NCBI GenBank assembly: GCA_964016885.1
Contig: OZ024740.1
Location: forward strand, 412,548,001 to 412,612,000
Source: Eledone cirrhosa
Lineage: Eukaryota
Length of the DNA: 64,000 nt
Direction: 5' to 3'
Shown piece after piece: positions 1-13,521 of the stretch. The notes beneath the pieces are model-generated. The model ran no database searches, was not told where the DNA came from, and saw only the letters and a program-made list of their open reading frames with translations. How positions within the stretch are numbered: the stretch's first letter is position 1; every line of letters begins with the position of its first letter. Position numbers and translations under genes: made by a program.

Positions 1-1298
1 AAAATAATATATGGGGGGGGGGGGGGGACATAAGAGAAGGTGAAATATAAGGGGAGGTAAGGGAGAAAAAAAAAGTAAATATACAAGAGTATAGAACGTA
101 GAATCAGCAAAATAAAAACCGTAGCAGAAGTAAAGAGCAGAGAGGGAGTTCAAGGCGGTTGATTTATCATAGGAGTGTCAATCCAGTTGCAGATCAGATG
201 CGATTTCAGTTGAGGACAGCATCTGAAGATCTCATTCTTTGAGTTAAGGCAAGCGGAAGTGGCTCTCAAGTTTAGCAAAATCCTATACTTTTCTGTGGTA
301 CACAAAGAACAATTCTTTGTGCCCCTTTGGTACTCCCTCGAATGGTCTAATATAGACCAAATAATAGAGTACGGGATGTTACTATCCTTGAGTTCCCACA
401 CCTTACTTGCGAGGGCCGTTGATGTTCGTTTATCGGAGTGCTAAAAAGAAGCGACATGTGAGTAAAATCTGGTTTTAAACCTGTCCTGGGTCATACCGAC
501 ATATCGCTCACTCCTGGCTGGCTGGTTGTTGATTACCGGTGTTATCTTAGCCTCACAAACGACAGATTTGGTGTTACATTTACCCTGCAATGGGCATTCA
601 TCCGGCTTCCTGCAACTGCATCCTGGATTTATTCTCGTACGGTTTGAACTGGTTTTGGACTTCATAGATGGGCAACAAGAGTAGCTGATCTTGACTACGT
701 TCCTATTAAAAATCTTATAATATCTATGATTAGGAGGAAAATGTGTGTCTAATAGTTCAAGGAATTTCCTTCCTACATTAGTTTTGACAGTTAGAGAGAA
801 GGGGGGTGTGAACCAAATAATCTTCCTTTTCCTGTTATTGTGGTTAGTTTTAGGGGGGGAGTAGTTAAATAAGAATTTTTTTCTGCAAAACCGGTGTTCT
901 TAAGGGCTTTATTATAATAAGGGGTGGCTTTATTAAAAATGTCCATAGACGAAGATAAGGTAGAAATCCTACGGCTAATGTTAGGAATAAGATTATTAAA
1001 AACTATAGGGGGATGGCAAGACTCTTTGTGTATATACCTAAGATTTTCATTAGGTTTATGATAGGGTTTAAAAGAGGCAGTAAGTAGATCAAGATTAATA
1101 TCAAGAAAGTTAGCATTAGTATGGTTCGTATCTATAGTAATTTAAGGTTAAGACTAGCAAAAGTATTGATTAAATCTTTACGGAATTTATCAAGGTTATG
1201 GCCGTTGGTGGTATGAGAAACTGCTAATCCGTCATCACGGTATAAACCGATATTATGGGACGGGAATTTCTCTTTGAGGGTGATGACGGATTAGCAGT
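1..1298 (-). mobile_element. Penelope-like retroelement 1, inverted 5'-truncated copy (left arm of a fold-back), ORF disrupted
   Basis: Reverse complement of 1306-2605 with scattered differences. Track ORFs 441-665 and 150-401 are pieces of the same GIY-YIG protein as 1659-2462, split by a stop at 441-443. The arm runs off the window start. Confidence 0.92.
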
Positions 1299-1313
1299 TT
1301 CTCATACTGCTAA

Positions 1314-2462
1314 TCCGTCATCACCCTCAAAGACAAATTCCCGTCCCATAATATCGGTTTATACCGTGATGACGGATTAGCAGTTTCTCATACCACCAAC
1401 GGCCATAACCTTGATAAATTCCGTAAAGATTTAATCAATACTTTTGCTAGTCTTAACCTTAACATTACTATAGATACGAACCTTACTAATGCTAACTTTC
1501 TTGATATTAATCTTGATCTACTTACTGCCTCTTTTAAACCCTATCATAAACCTAATGAAAATCTTAGGTATATACACAAAGAGTCTTGCCATCCCCCTAT
1601 AGTTTTTAATAATCTTATTCCTAACATTAGCCGAAGGATTTCTACCTTATCTTCGTCTATGGACATTTTTAATAAAGCTGCCCCTTATTATAATGAAGCC
1701 CTTATGAACAGCGGTTTTACAAAAAACAATTCTTATTTACCTACTCCCCCCCCCCCTAAAACTAACCACAATAACACGAAAAGGAAGATTATTTGGTTCA
1801 CACACCCCTTCTCTCTAACTGTCAAAACTAATGTCGGAAGGAAATTCCTTGAACTATTAGACAAACATTTTCCTCCTAATCATAGATATTATAAGATTTT
1901 TAATAGGAACATAGTTAAGATCAGCTACTCTTGTTGCCCATCTATGAAGTCCAAAATCACCAGTTCAAACCGTGCGAGAATAAATCCAGGATGCAGTTGC
2001 AGGAAGCCGGATGAATGCCCATTGCAGGGTAAATGTAACACCAAATCTGTCGTTTATGAGGCTAAGATAACACCGGTAATCAACAACCAGCCAGCCAGGA
2101 GTGAGCGATATGTCGGTATGACCCAGGACAGGTTTAAAACCAGATTTTACTCACAATTCGCATCTTTTAAGCACTCCGAAAAACGAACATCAACGGCCTT
2201 CGCAAGAAAGGTGTGGGAACTCAAGGATAGTAACATCCCGTACTCTATTGATTGGTCTATATTAGACCATTCGAGGGAGTACCAAAGGGGCAAAAAGAAT
2301 TGTTCTTTGTGTACCACAGAAAAGTATAGGATTTTGCTAAATTTGAGAGCCACTTCCGCTTGCCTTAACTCAAAGACTGAGATCTTCAGATGCTGTCCTC
2401 ATCTGAAATCGCATCTGATCTGCAACTGGATTGACACTCCTATGATAAATCAACCGCCTTGA
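1314..2462 (+). pseudogene. PLE RT C-terminal half plus GIY-YIG endonuclease, open frame without native start
   Basis: The frame is open from after the TAA at 1311 to the stop at 2462. From 1323 it reads TLKDKFPSHNIGLYRDDGLAVS...NFLDINLDL...PYHKPNENLRYIHKESCHPP..., in frame with track ORF 1659-2462. Confidence 0.88.
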
Positions 2463-2677
2463 ACTCCTTCGCTGCTCTTTACTTCTGCTACGGTTTTTAT
2501 TTTGCTGTTTCTACGTTCTGTACGCTTGTATATTTACTATTTTTTCTCCCTTACCTCCCCTTATATTTCACCTTCTCTTATGCCCCCTCCCCCATATATT
2601 ATTTTTTGCCTTGCCGTTCACATACCTATGTGTATGTGTATGTATATTTGTGTGTATATATATATGTATATATGTAT

Positions 2678-2713
<36 letters not shown>

Positions 2714-2782
2714 ATGTGTATGTGTATATATATGTATATATTTGTGTGTGTATAAGTATGTATATGTGGATAGACCAGGTTT

Positions 2783-2843
2783 TTTTCATTCTGAAGATTG
2801 AAGGAACATTTGTTTGCTTTTAAGAAACCACTGGTGAATGGAA
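2783..2843 (+). ncRNA. Type I hammerhead ribozyme motif in PLE pseudo-LTR, cleavage triplet mutated to GUG
   Basis: ttcatt-CTGAAGA-ttgaagg...cttttaa-GAAA-cc act gg-TG-aatgga. Stem I ttcatt/aatgga. The NUH rule is violated. Confidence 0.75.
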
Positions 2844-2979
2844 TAATTGCCTTATGTTGCTTTATTACTTTACTACTATATATATGTATATGTAAGGTTC
2901 ATATGAATTATCTAAGACTGAGTTTTACACATACACACATGTATGTGTGTGTGTATGTGTATGCATATGTATATATATG

Positions 2980-3048
<69 letters not shown>

Positions 3049-3218
3049 ATATGTGCGTGCATATATATATATGTATGTGTGTGTGTGTGTGTGTGTGTTT
3101 GTATTTGGTTGTGCGTGTTTATGATATGTACGTATTTGTATGTGTACAATTGTATAGCTATGTATGTATATGTGTGTGTATGTATACATATATGTGTGTG
3201 TGTGTGTATGTTTATATT

Positions 3219-3275
<57 letters not shown>

Positions 3276-3281
<6 letters not shown>

Positions 3282-3653
3282 AGATTTGAATGGATACAGT
3301 TTAGTTGAAAGGAATTTATTGACACGTGTTTCTATAACAGTTACATAACCTAAAACAGCTGCTATCTACAAACTTTTAGTTATGCAGACATTCAATATTT
3401 TTTGCTTTTAAGAATGTCACATATTGAATGTCTGCATAACTAAAAGTTTGTAGATAGCAGCTGTTTTAGGTTATGTAACTGTTATAGAAACACGTGTCAA
3501 TAAATTCCTTTCAACTAAACTGTATCCATTCAAATCTTTCTATTTTTCTCCGGATTACTTTTGGAACTACAACTGGAACCGTCGAGCAAACTCTACGTGA
3601 GCTGATAATCTACTGTGTGTAATATTTATATTACAAGACAACGGAAAATACTG
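3276..3653 (+). mobile_element. Mini fold-back insertion in (TA)n, probable PLE 3'-end fragment
   Basis: Inverted arms 3276-3398 and 3421-3543 (about 123 bp, 22-nt spacer) with a one-sided tail to about 3653. GAAAC-ACGT-GTC followed by AATAAA at 3487-3504. (TA)n on both sides. Confidence 0.6.
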
Positions 3654-3696
<43 letters not shown>

Positions 3697-4104
3697 ATAA
3701 TTACATATACATATGTGTGTGTATATATTGTATACGTGTGCATGTTTGTGCATGTATGTGTATGTATGTGTTTATGTATTTGTATATGTATATTTATGTG
3801 TGAGAGTGTGTGTATGTATTTACTATTTCGTACGTATGTATACGTGCATTTGTGTGTATTACTTACCACGCGCGTCTGTCCAGTTAGCTGCCTTATGTAT
3901 CGGTGTCAAAAATGTTTAATATATATTTATTTTTTTCTTATATTTATTTGCGTGTGTGAATATGTAGAGGAGTGCATTTATGTATGTGTATGTATGTACG
4001 TGTGTATATATGTATGAATGTGTGAATGTATGTATATGTGTGTGTGTATGGCTATGTTTGTGTATGTGTATGCTTGTAGACATGTATATATATATATATA
4101 TGTG

Positions 4105-4185
<81 letters not shown>

Positions 4186-4445
4186 ATATATGTGTGTGTA
4201 TGTATGAGGTTATGTGTATGTATGTGTATGTGTATATATGTGTATGTATATATATGTGTATATGTATATATGTATATATATATATGTGTGTGTGTATGTA
4301 TGCTTTTGTGTTTTGTTTTTTTGTGTGTGTGTTTGCATGTGTAGTTTTATTTTATTTTTCCTTTCCTTCTTCCTTCTCCAGCCTCACTTTCATATAGATT
4401 GCATTTTTGTTTTTAAAATCCAAATTCAATAAACAAACCAGGATT

Positions 4446-4507
4446 TTTTCATTCTGAGGATTGAAAGCAAAACCTTTTGCTTTTAAGAAACCACTGGTAA
4501 ATGGAAT
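4446..4507 (+). ncRNA. Type I hammerhead ribozyme, intact, predicted cleavage after 4499 (GUA)
   Basis: ttcatt-CTGAGGA-ttgaaagcaaaa cc ttttgcttttaa-GAAA-cc act gg-TA-aatggaa. All core positions are canonical. Homologous to 2783-2843. Confidence 0.85.
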
Positions 4508-4599
4508 AATTGCCTTATGTTGTTTATTACATAATAATAATTAAGCTCTGTTACCTACATATAGCACTCTTTTTTCCTGGACTTTTCCGACGGAATTAC

Positions 4600-4669
<70 letters not shown>

Positions 4670-4670
<1 letters not shown>

Positions 4671-5731
4671 GCCGCTAACACCCCCTCTACCACACACACG
4701 CACACGCATCCAAACACGCACACACACACATCCCACTAACAGCTCAACTAATATAAACCCCATCCCCCTACATCACCACCTCTCTCCTCCACCTTTCACA
4801 CCTATCCATCCTCACCCCTGTCCACCGCACCTCCGCACACACAGACACACAGTCCTCTCCATATTCCGACAATTTCTCCACTTGTCATCCTCTTTTACTG
4901 CAATATCTTCACCCTGCCTTGAACATCTGACCACTTCCTGTTGCGCGCGCACCCCACATCTCTCCACTTCCGACCACTACAACTAATCGATTCCACACCA
5001 CCGGTCATCGTTCCAGCTATCCACTCTATAACAGGAACAATATCCAACACCTCATCGCACACTCCACGGAACTACCTTAAGACCTTACCCACGAACAAAC
5101 ACTCACATTCTTTTTCGAACCACGCCACCTACGTCCACACCACGTATAAACACAAACACACGTGGGCATATATTCACACTCAGCCTCCGGAATCCACACG
5201 AGCACTCCCCCCTACACCACCCCTCTGAACCCTCTCCATCCACATGCACGCACACACCGACTTACACCCCACCTCACACACACACCTTTTCCTGAACATG
5301 GAACCTCTTTATTCCTCCAACTCTCACATTCACATACACACGCACACACACATACGTACACCTACACACATACATAAACACCACCTTCAGCCCTCCCCAC
5401 TCGGACCGCCGCCTCCGTCACCCAACTTCACTCGCCACCACCCCTACACGCCTCACACCCTTCCACCACTTGTTTATTTTTATGTTTATTTATATATTTG
5501 TTTTATTTTTATTTCGTTTTTCCTCCCTGTTCTCTCTCCCTCTCTTTTCTAAATGTCTTTCCACAACTCCCCCACACACCTTCGGAACTCTCCTCCTGCC
5601 CACTTTTCTCCTGAGGAAGGGCTTATGCCTGAAACGTCTTACCCCTCTCCCCCTCACACACCCAAAAGCGTGAACCTAATAAACTCTTAGTTGTACTGCC
5701 TCTCTCTTTTTGTTCCCGTCTAAGTTTTAAC
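4670..5731 (+). mobile_element. C/A-rich probable PLE 3' end with minimal hammerhead and AATAAA
   Basis: Bounded by (TA)n on both sides. Contains the HHR core at 5611-5638 and AATAAA at about 5678. No recognisable protein. Confidence 0.5.
5611..5638 (+). ncRNA. Minimal PLE-type hammerhead core, stem I degraded
   Basis: CTGAGGA-agggc ttat gcct-GAAAC-GTC. The stem I partner is not evident. Confidence 0.6.
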
Positions 5732-5734
5732 TAT

Positions 5735-5853
<119 letters not shown>

Positions 5854-6629
5854 CTCTAGTACACTCGTATCTATCGAGCGCTTGCCACACAATTCGGAAA
5901 TTCTTTTTCGCTAATTTCCACTAGCCGAAATGCGATTCTCGCTAAATTATATATATATATATATAACATCCGTATAGTATATAGGTTTATATTTATGGAC
6001 AGACAGATTAGGCAGCATGTCTGTTGTTCAGAGGTTCCAGTGTGTTTTATAAGTGATTTTCTGCATGTTAGTGTAAATAGTAACAACTTCATTCAAGAAG
6101 CGGCAGGATTATTCGATTGGAGTGTTACATTTACATTTTAAATGGCGAGAAGCTGTTCGGTTTTGATATATTGTCTGTTTCTGAGGATAATGGCTAATCT
6201 TGTATATGCATTTCTAGCTAAATTTAAAATCTAAATTTGCTACAAGAAGTCCTAAGACATTGGGTGAAGTTTATAGAAGAATGAAGGAAGTTATCATAGC
6301 AATGTGGAGATGAAGCTTCATGCAGTCACATAGTTATTCATCTAATTACCCATCTAGCCATCTAACTCTCCAACATGTTATGGTTCTCTAATGGTCTGTT
6401 CCCAGAGTTATCTCGGTGCTGCCATTCATTAGACATTTTCCACATCCCATATTCTACTTTAATGCAATTTGATTAATTTATATTTAAGTCTGTATTCGTC
6501 ATTAAGCATCTATTCTGACGTAAGTCCCGGTGTAATATATATTCATTAATTTCTCTTGTCACACTGCATTAAATAACTTCATACGAAAGCACATTCGATT
6601 TAGATTTATATATTCATGCGTATATATGG

Positions 6630-6662
<33 letters not shown>

Positions 6663-7203
6663 CATGTGTATGTAGGTCTAAGTTCATGATGCTAATTATT
6701 ACGTAGCGCATGATGTCATTCATATCCAAATACTGAGTGCACATATAACATATCCGACATACAGACATATGTGGCTTCATGAATAAAGAAGGATGCCCTT
6801 TAATCTGCAGGCAATTGCGGAAACTAATGATGATGTGGAGAAAACTATGTAGACGTACAAATTACATGTACATTAGACAGAAGTAGAGAACTAAATGTAT
6901 AAAGAACCTCAACCATATCACACAATATGTTTATATTAAACATTAGAAGATTCGGTTAGTAGTTTGAGTTTCAGTAAATGTTTAAATTTAATACGATAGA
7001 AAATATATATATCCATTAAGTGGTGCGTGGTGAATACTTTCCATATAATCTCCGCTCTTCATTTTGTTTATTTGACCTCTATTATGCCTTCAATTTCGTT
7101 CTCAAAACATTCTTTTCTTTTAGTGTGTACAATATCTACATGTTTTCTCATAAACTACTGATTTTAGAGAAATTTCATATGAAGCACTCACTTTTAATAG
7201 CGC

Positions 7204-7238
<35 letters not shown>

Positions 7239-7268
7239 CACACATACGCACACTCACACGCGCGCGCG

Positions 7269-7324
<56 letters not shown>

Positions 7325-7885
7325 CACATTATCGGAGAAAGGTAATAGCGATATTCCGGCCAAATCCGAACTCACTCAACAAACATTAGGAAATAAGTGA
7401 GTATATACCTAATTAAACGTTCGGGGTGCTAACTAATTGTATTGTGTGGAAAATTGGCTGTATTATTTCATATGAGATATATGAAATATATCTCTTCCCA
7501 GAGGGACGTCTCGTTTCATTATAAGATTCCTACTAGTTGGGTGAAATTATACCAATTTATGCAGAAGCTTGTATAAGATCAACAGATACTTATTCAAGTG
7601 GGCTCTTATAATTCTTCAGTGGGTGCCCAATAACATTAATATTGATAGTCAAATCAACATCAATATTTAGCGATAAACCCCATCAGTGCTTGAGGTAGCT
7701 GGTAGGTTGCTAGCCCAGCAGTTCTAAAGAAATTATCATACTGTCTCAAAAAAAGAGGAAGGAGAATTACCGCCAAAAAACAATACATGCGCAGGACAAT
7801 GAATTCTAAAAGGAATTCAAGCCACGTATTAGAACTCAATTGGAATTTGAAAAAATACCCATATGTGTACATCATTTGATGACAC

Positions 7886-7913
7886 AGAGAGAGAGAGAGA
7901 GAGAGAGAGAGGC

Positions 7914-7981
<68 letters not shown>
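7886..7981. repeat. (AG)n microsatellite
   Basis: Seen directly. Confidence 0.95.
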
Positions 7982-7985
<4 letters not shown>

Positions 7986-8360
7986 TTCCACAAAAGTTAG
8001 CATACTCGATGATGCGCCTTTCATGGAACCGTTTTTAACCCCCTCTATGTCTGCGTCTCACCGCAGCCATAAACTGATTGAAACACGGTTCGATTTAACG
8101 CGCGCCTTCGTGTATGGTTTGCTAACCTTTTGTGGAAGTAATTCTATACCGAACTCGTCCTTTAGACTGATTGCCCTACTTAATATATATATATTACGTG
8201 TGAGTGTGTATACACACATCGAAGCCGGTCAGCCAAACTGACAACAAGTGGACCCCATGACCACCTTCTATTCAAATTTGTTTTTCTCTGCTTTCTTTCC
8301 TTATAGTATATTGAATGGTGAATACCATTATTCCTTTATTGTATAACTATTATGCAATAT

Positions 8361-8418
8361 ACACCCGATGAGTTCACCAGGATCTTACGTAAACTGGCCA
8401 CTGAAATGTACATAGTGT
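8361..8418 (+). ncRNA. Degenerate type I hammerhead (U4C core change)
   Basis: acac-CCGATGA-g..ccag gatcttacgtaaa ctgg..-GAAA-tgtaca-TA-gtgt. Stem I acac/gtgt, palindromic stem III ATGTACAT, AATAAA just downstream. Confidence 0.62.
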
Positions 8419-8630
8419 TTGCTGAAATAAATATTTGAACGAATTTCACCAGTCCGACTCCTATCATTTTACTGAATAATAATTAACTCCGTTCTCACAC
8501 CACAAACAAGATTCATCATCAAAAATGTTACAGAACGTAGAGTGCTTTTCCTAATATTACATCAGGATTAACTATACAGAAACACCCGTTCTATCCAGTG
8601 AACCGCCAAAATTAAATCAATATATATATA

Positions 8631-8920
8631 TAGGAAAATGTTAAACCCCAACGGCAGAGCTCAAGCCGTTTCGACGGCTATTTCTGGACTGAATAGTTCA
8701 GAAATAGCCGTCGAAACGGCTTGAGCTCTGCTGTCGGGGTTGAACATTTTCCTACTACCCACTCTACTATCCTAAGTATTGTGTACTCTGGTGCGTTATG
8801 GTCCATCTGGTTCCTTACCACACTTCCTGGCAGTAACACCAGTTTTAGAGAAATTGCGTGGGATAAATATATTCCCGAAACCTTTGGTCCACTATGATTC
8901 TAGATATTTTCTCCCTTGAT
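8631..8920 (+). mobile_element. Mini fold-back insertion in (TA)n
   Basis: Inverted arms 8631-8686 and 8699-8754 with about 3 mismatches, and a tail to about 8920. The tail holds a half-HHR-like gggataaatatattccc-GAAA-cctttgg-TC at 8860-8890. Confidence 0.55.
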
Positions 8921-10076
8921 ATATATACATATATATAATATATACACATATATATAATATATACATACATATATATGTGGTCTTGAATTTGAATGTGATA
9001 CTCTAACTCATTTTTAGAATACGAGCCTTTTCCTTGTACGTAACCCTCTCCATATACAGAAGAAAAGAAACTATTAAAAATCTACATAGGATCTCTCAAT
9101 ACATTCTTTCACACACCCACGGATATATATAAATTCCCTTTCAGACACACTTAAATGCATACGTATATATAAACTGATCTGTCTCTTTATGTAGTATTAT
9201 ATCTATTGAATCTGTTATACTCGATATAATAATGCTTTATTTTATTGTATATTATTATTTGATTCATGTAGATATAATTTATAAATCATAATCCAGTTGT
9301 TTTAAGTATAATCGTTATAATGTTGCTTTGTAGTAATATTGTTTGTCAGTTCTTCTATAGCATGAAGCCATTAGTTATATACTGATATGAGTTGTATTAT
9401 TTCTGCATTATTATATTCTTCAACCACCAAAATGTTATTCTATGTTACGCTGTAACTTTTGTATGGTATAATCTGAAGTGATCTGATCAACCAATGATTC
9501 TTACAATACAGAAATTATGTTCAAAATGTGCCTTTCTATTCCTTTAAAAACGCCGGGGACTTATCTGGCATTCGTTTGGCAGGTATTTTCATTTGTGCAA
9601 GGAAACATATACCTACATCCCTGATATACCACAGATTGACTCCTACGCTTTTCAAATGCTTACCCCCCACACACACACACACACAATCCTCAATATGAAC
9701 AACGTACGAATATATTCGTTTGACTACGTAAAAGCTCACATCCTTCCGTGTTGAAAATATTATATAGTTGTGTACCAAATACCGTTTAGATTGTCTATTA
9801 TCTATTCTGTTTATTTTATCTCCGACCATGGTATGGAATATGAGATTGTATCGTGAGAAATATCTGTTATCACATTTGACCTCGAATAATACGACATGCC
9901 TGCAGATTATGTTACTTTTCTTATTTTCATCAATATATTATTTCAATATAGTTTGCGCAATTTTCCTTCTGATGAGGATTTTTTCAATAAAAGGTACTTG
10001 AAAATAATTACCATTTCCATCAATTGAATTATTTCGTTAGCACCTATTTAATTAAAGGCTTTCTAGCTGTAAAAAC

Positions 10077-10427
<351 letters not shown>

Positions 10428-10429
10428 CG

Positions 10430-11920
10430 TTTCTGAATTTGTTTAGCAAGATTCTTTATCTGAAATCATGTGTTGAAACCGATATTGTTATACTTTGGGA
10501 GGGTCATGTTGCCAATAAGAAACACACGCACCAGGGTTTTCACTTCAATTTATTATAATAAATTTATAAATTTAGGAATTTATAAATGTCTGGTTGGTTG
10601 GTTGGTTCCACAACCAGGTAGTTGTTTATATAGTGTCAAAGTTCTTTCGTCACACATTATGTGACCTCTTCAGTGACTGGGGATTTTTTTCTATGTTTTT
10701 GTGCCTCTCCTTTGTTCTGTCCTACGCCATTTTGTTTCTGTGTGTGTGTTGTGTGCTCAGTCTGCGCATGCGCCACATCCAGGTGTCTGTGTGTGTTCAT
10801 ATTCGTTTATTTATTTGTTTATTTACAGGTTACCGGTTGGTTGTTTGTTCTATGTGCGTGTGTGTTTTCATTTTGTCCTTAATTGTAAGTGGTGATGTTG
10901 CTGTTCCACTCATATTTTCTATTTAATTTTGGTTGTAATTCTTTTATGTTTATTGCCTCTGTGATTTGTCTAAACATTGCATCTTTTCTGTGTGTAGATT
11001 CTATTTGTATTTCTATGTTCTCTAATTTACCCTTATGTTCTATTTTAGCATGTTGGTGGAGTACAGATGATTCTTTACTATCTTGAAGGTCTCGCCAGTG
11101 TTCATTTATCCGTTCCCCTAAACTACGAGCTTTCTCACCTATGTACATTTTATTTTTGTCTCTACATTGTCCTTCAGTACATCTTATGCTATATACTACA
11201 TTTCTAGTTTTACAGTTAATATGGGGGCTCAATTTACAGGTTATACATTTCTTATCTATACAAGGGGTCTTTGAAAAGGGTATGTCTCGCTAATAAGTGT
11301 TTTTACGGAGGTACCTGGTCTTTATACTATCTTAATATTGAGTTTATGTTTGTCTAGGGCCATTCTAAATGTGTAAGCTAATTCACATCTAGGGGTTGTA
11401 TCGATGAACATTACACTCTGGTATTTATTGCTATCATACCATGAGTTTATTCTATTAGCCTTATTCCTAGTTCTTTCTGTTCTATTCCAAAATTTGCTCC
11501 TATACAAGGGGCAGGTCCCATTTGTGTCATTATTTACCATTTTTTCCCATTTGGTTCTGGCTCCTCTATACACTGTGATTTTATCTCTCTGATTGTAACC
11601 AGAGAACTGCATACGGTGGATGAAGTGTTGTATGTGTCTCTCTAGTTCTTCGGGGTTGCACATGCGGGACACGTTTCTCATCACCCGTACCAAATCCGCA
11701 ATCAGTATGTTGATTTTGGTATGGTCCGAAACAGCCGAGTTTCGGTGGATCAGATGTTCGGAAGTCATGGGTTTGGCATAATGGGAATGGAGGATTAGTT
11801 TTTTGTTATTAATGGTATCTAACCAGAGCTCTGTGTCTAGTACAGGTAATCGATGGTTGGGGTGTTTACTTGGGTAGTCTATAGTAACTCTAATACTATG
11901 GTGGATGGAGTTAGCTATTT
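10430..11920 (-). mobile_element. Penelope-like retroelement 2 (Neptune-like), long arm, decayed
   Basis: The minus strand encodes IANSIHHSIRVTIDYPSKHPNHRLPVLDTELW, then track ORF 11322-11768 (FIHRMQFSGY...PLYRSKFWN), then GIY-YIG (CKTRNVVYSIRC...MYIGE...ERINEH...LNRKYEW). HHR in the 3' UTR. Confidence 0.88.
10635..10677 (-). ncRNA. Type I hammerhead ribozyme of PLE 2
   Basis: Reverse complement reads gtca-CTGAAGA-g gtcaca taatg tgtgac-GAAA-g aa c-TT-tgac. Confidence 0.8.
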
Positions 11921-11933
11921 GCTATTAGCTATT

Positions 11934-12821
<888 letters not shown>

Positions 12822-13411
12822 GAGTGGTTTCATGTCAGACGTTATATTTCTGTATGTATCTGTATATGAAGATATGGGAAGGTAATTTCTTTCTGCATTT
12901 AAAGATATGTAATATTGATTTTATCAAAATAGATTTTGTATACTTTTCATTCGTGTTTTATTTAATGTTATATTCTAGCGAAGGAAACCATGAAATAATT
13001 TTCTTAATACTATGGATCCTATACGCTTAAATGCTTACAGGGGCGTATTAGAAGATGAATGTTATTCCCAACAGGTTAAGCACACATATAATAGATTAAT
13101 AGATAATACCATCGTCATTTTTTTCTTATATAAGCTTAAAATTCATATGTTGCATCCTCTCATACGTAATTACTTATATATCTAATACCAAATGCTTCTC
13201 ATCGTCCAAATTTGATATTAGTTCATTTTTTCTTTTCGTTATGCATTCCATCTCGTATACATAACATCCACTGCATCTATATCTAATGTGGCTTCCCTCC
13301 CTAAGGAATCCGAATGCTTACAAGACTCTTCTACACATACATACACAGACGCGCACATATGTGTAAATATATATACATACACACTCACACACACATATAT
13401 ATATATATATG

Positions 13412-13521
<110 letters not shown>

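Larger units (their letters stand above)
1306..2900 (+). mobile_element. Penelope-like retroelement 1 (C-terminal GIY-YIG, Nematis-like by motif), 5'-truncated, with 3' UTR/pseudo-LTR
   Basis: Encodes the RT motif GLYRDDGL, a thumb region, and a GIY-YIG domain (CSCRKPDECPLQGKCNTKSVVYEA...YVGMT...CSLCTTEK...LNSKTEIFRCCPH). The 3' UTR has microsatellites and a hammerhead at 2783-2843. The clade name is inferred from motif memory. Confidence 0.9.

Noticed and set aside
8673-8730. Hairpin followed by GAAAC as an HHR stem II
   Set aside because: No core upstream, and stem III cannot pair (C-C opposition).
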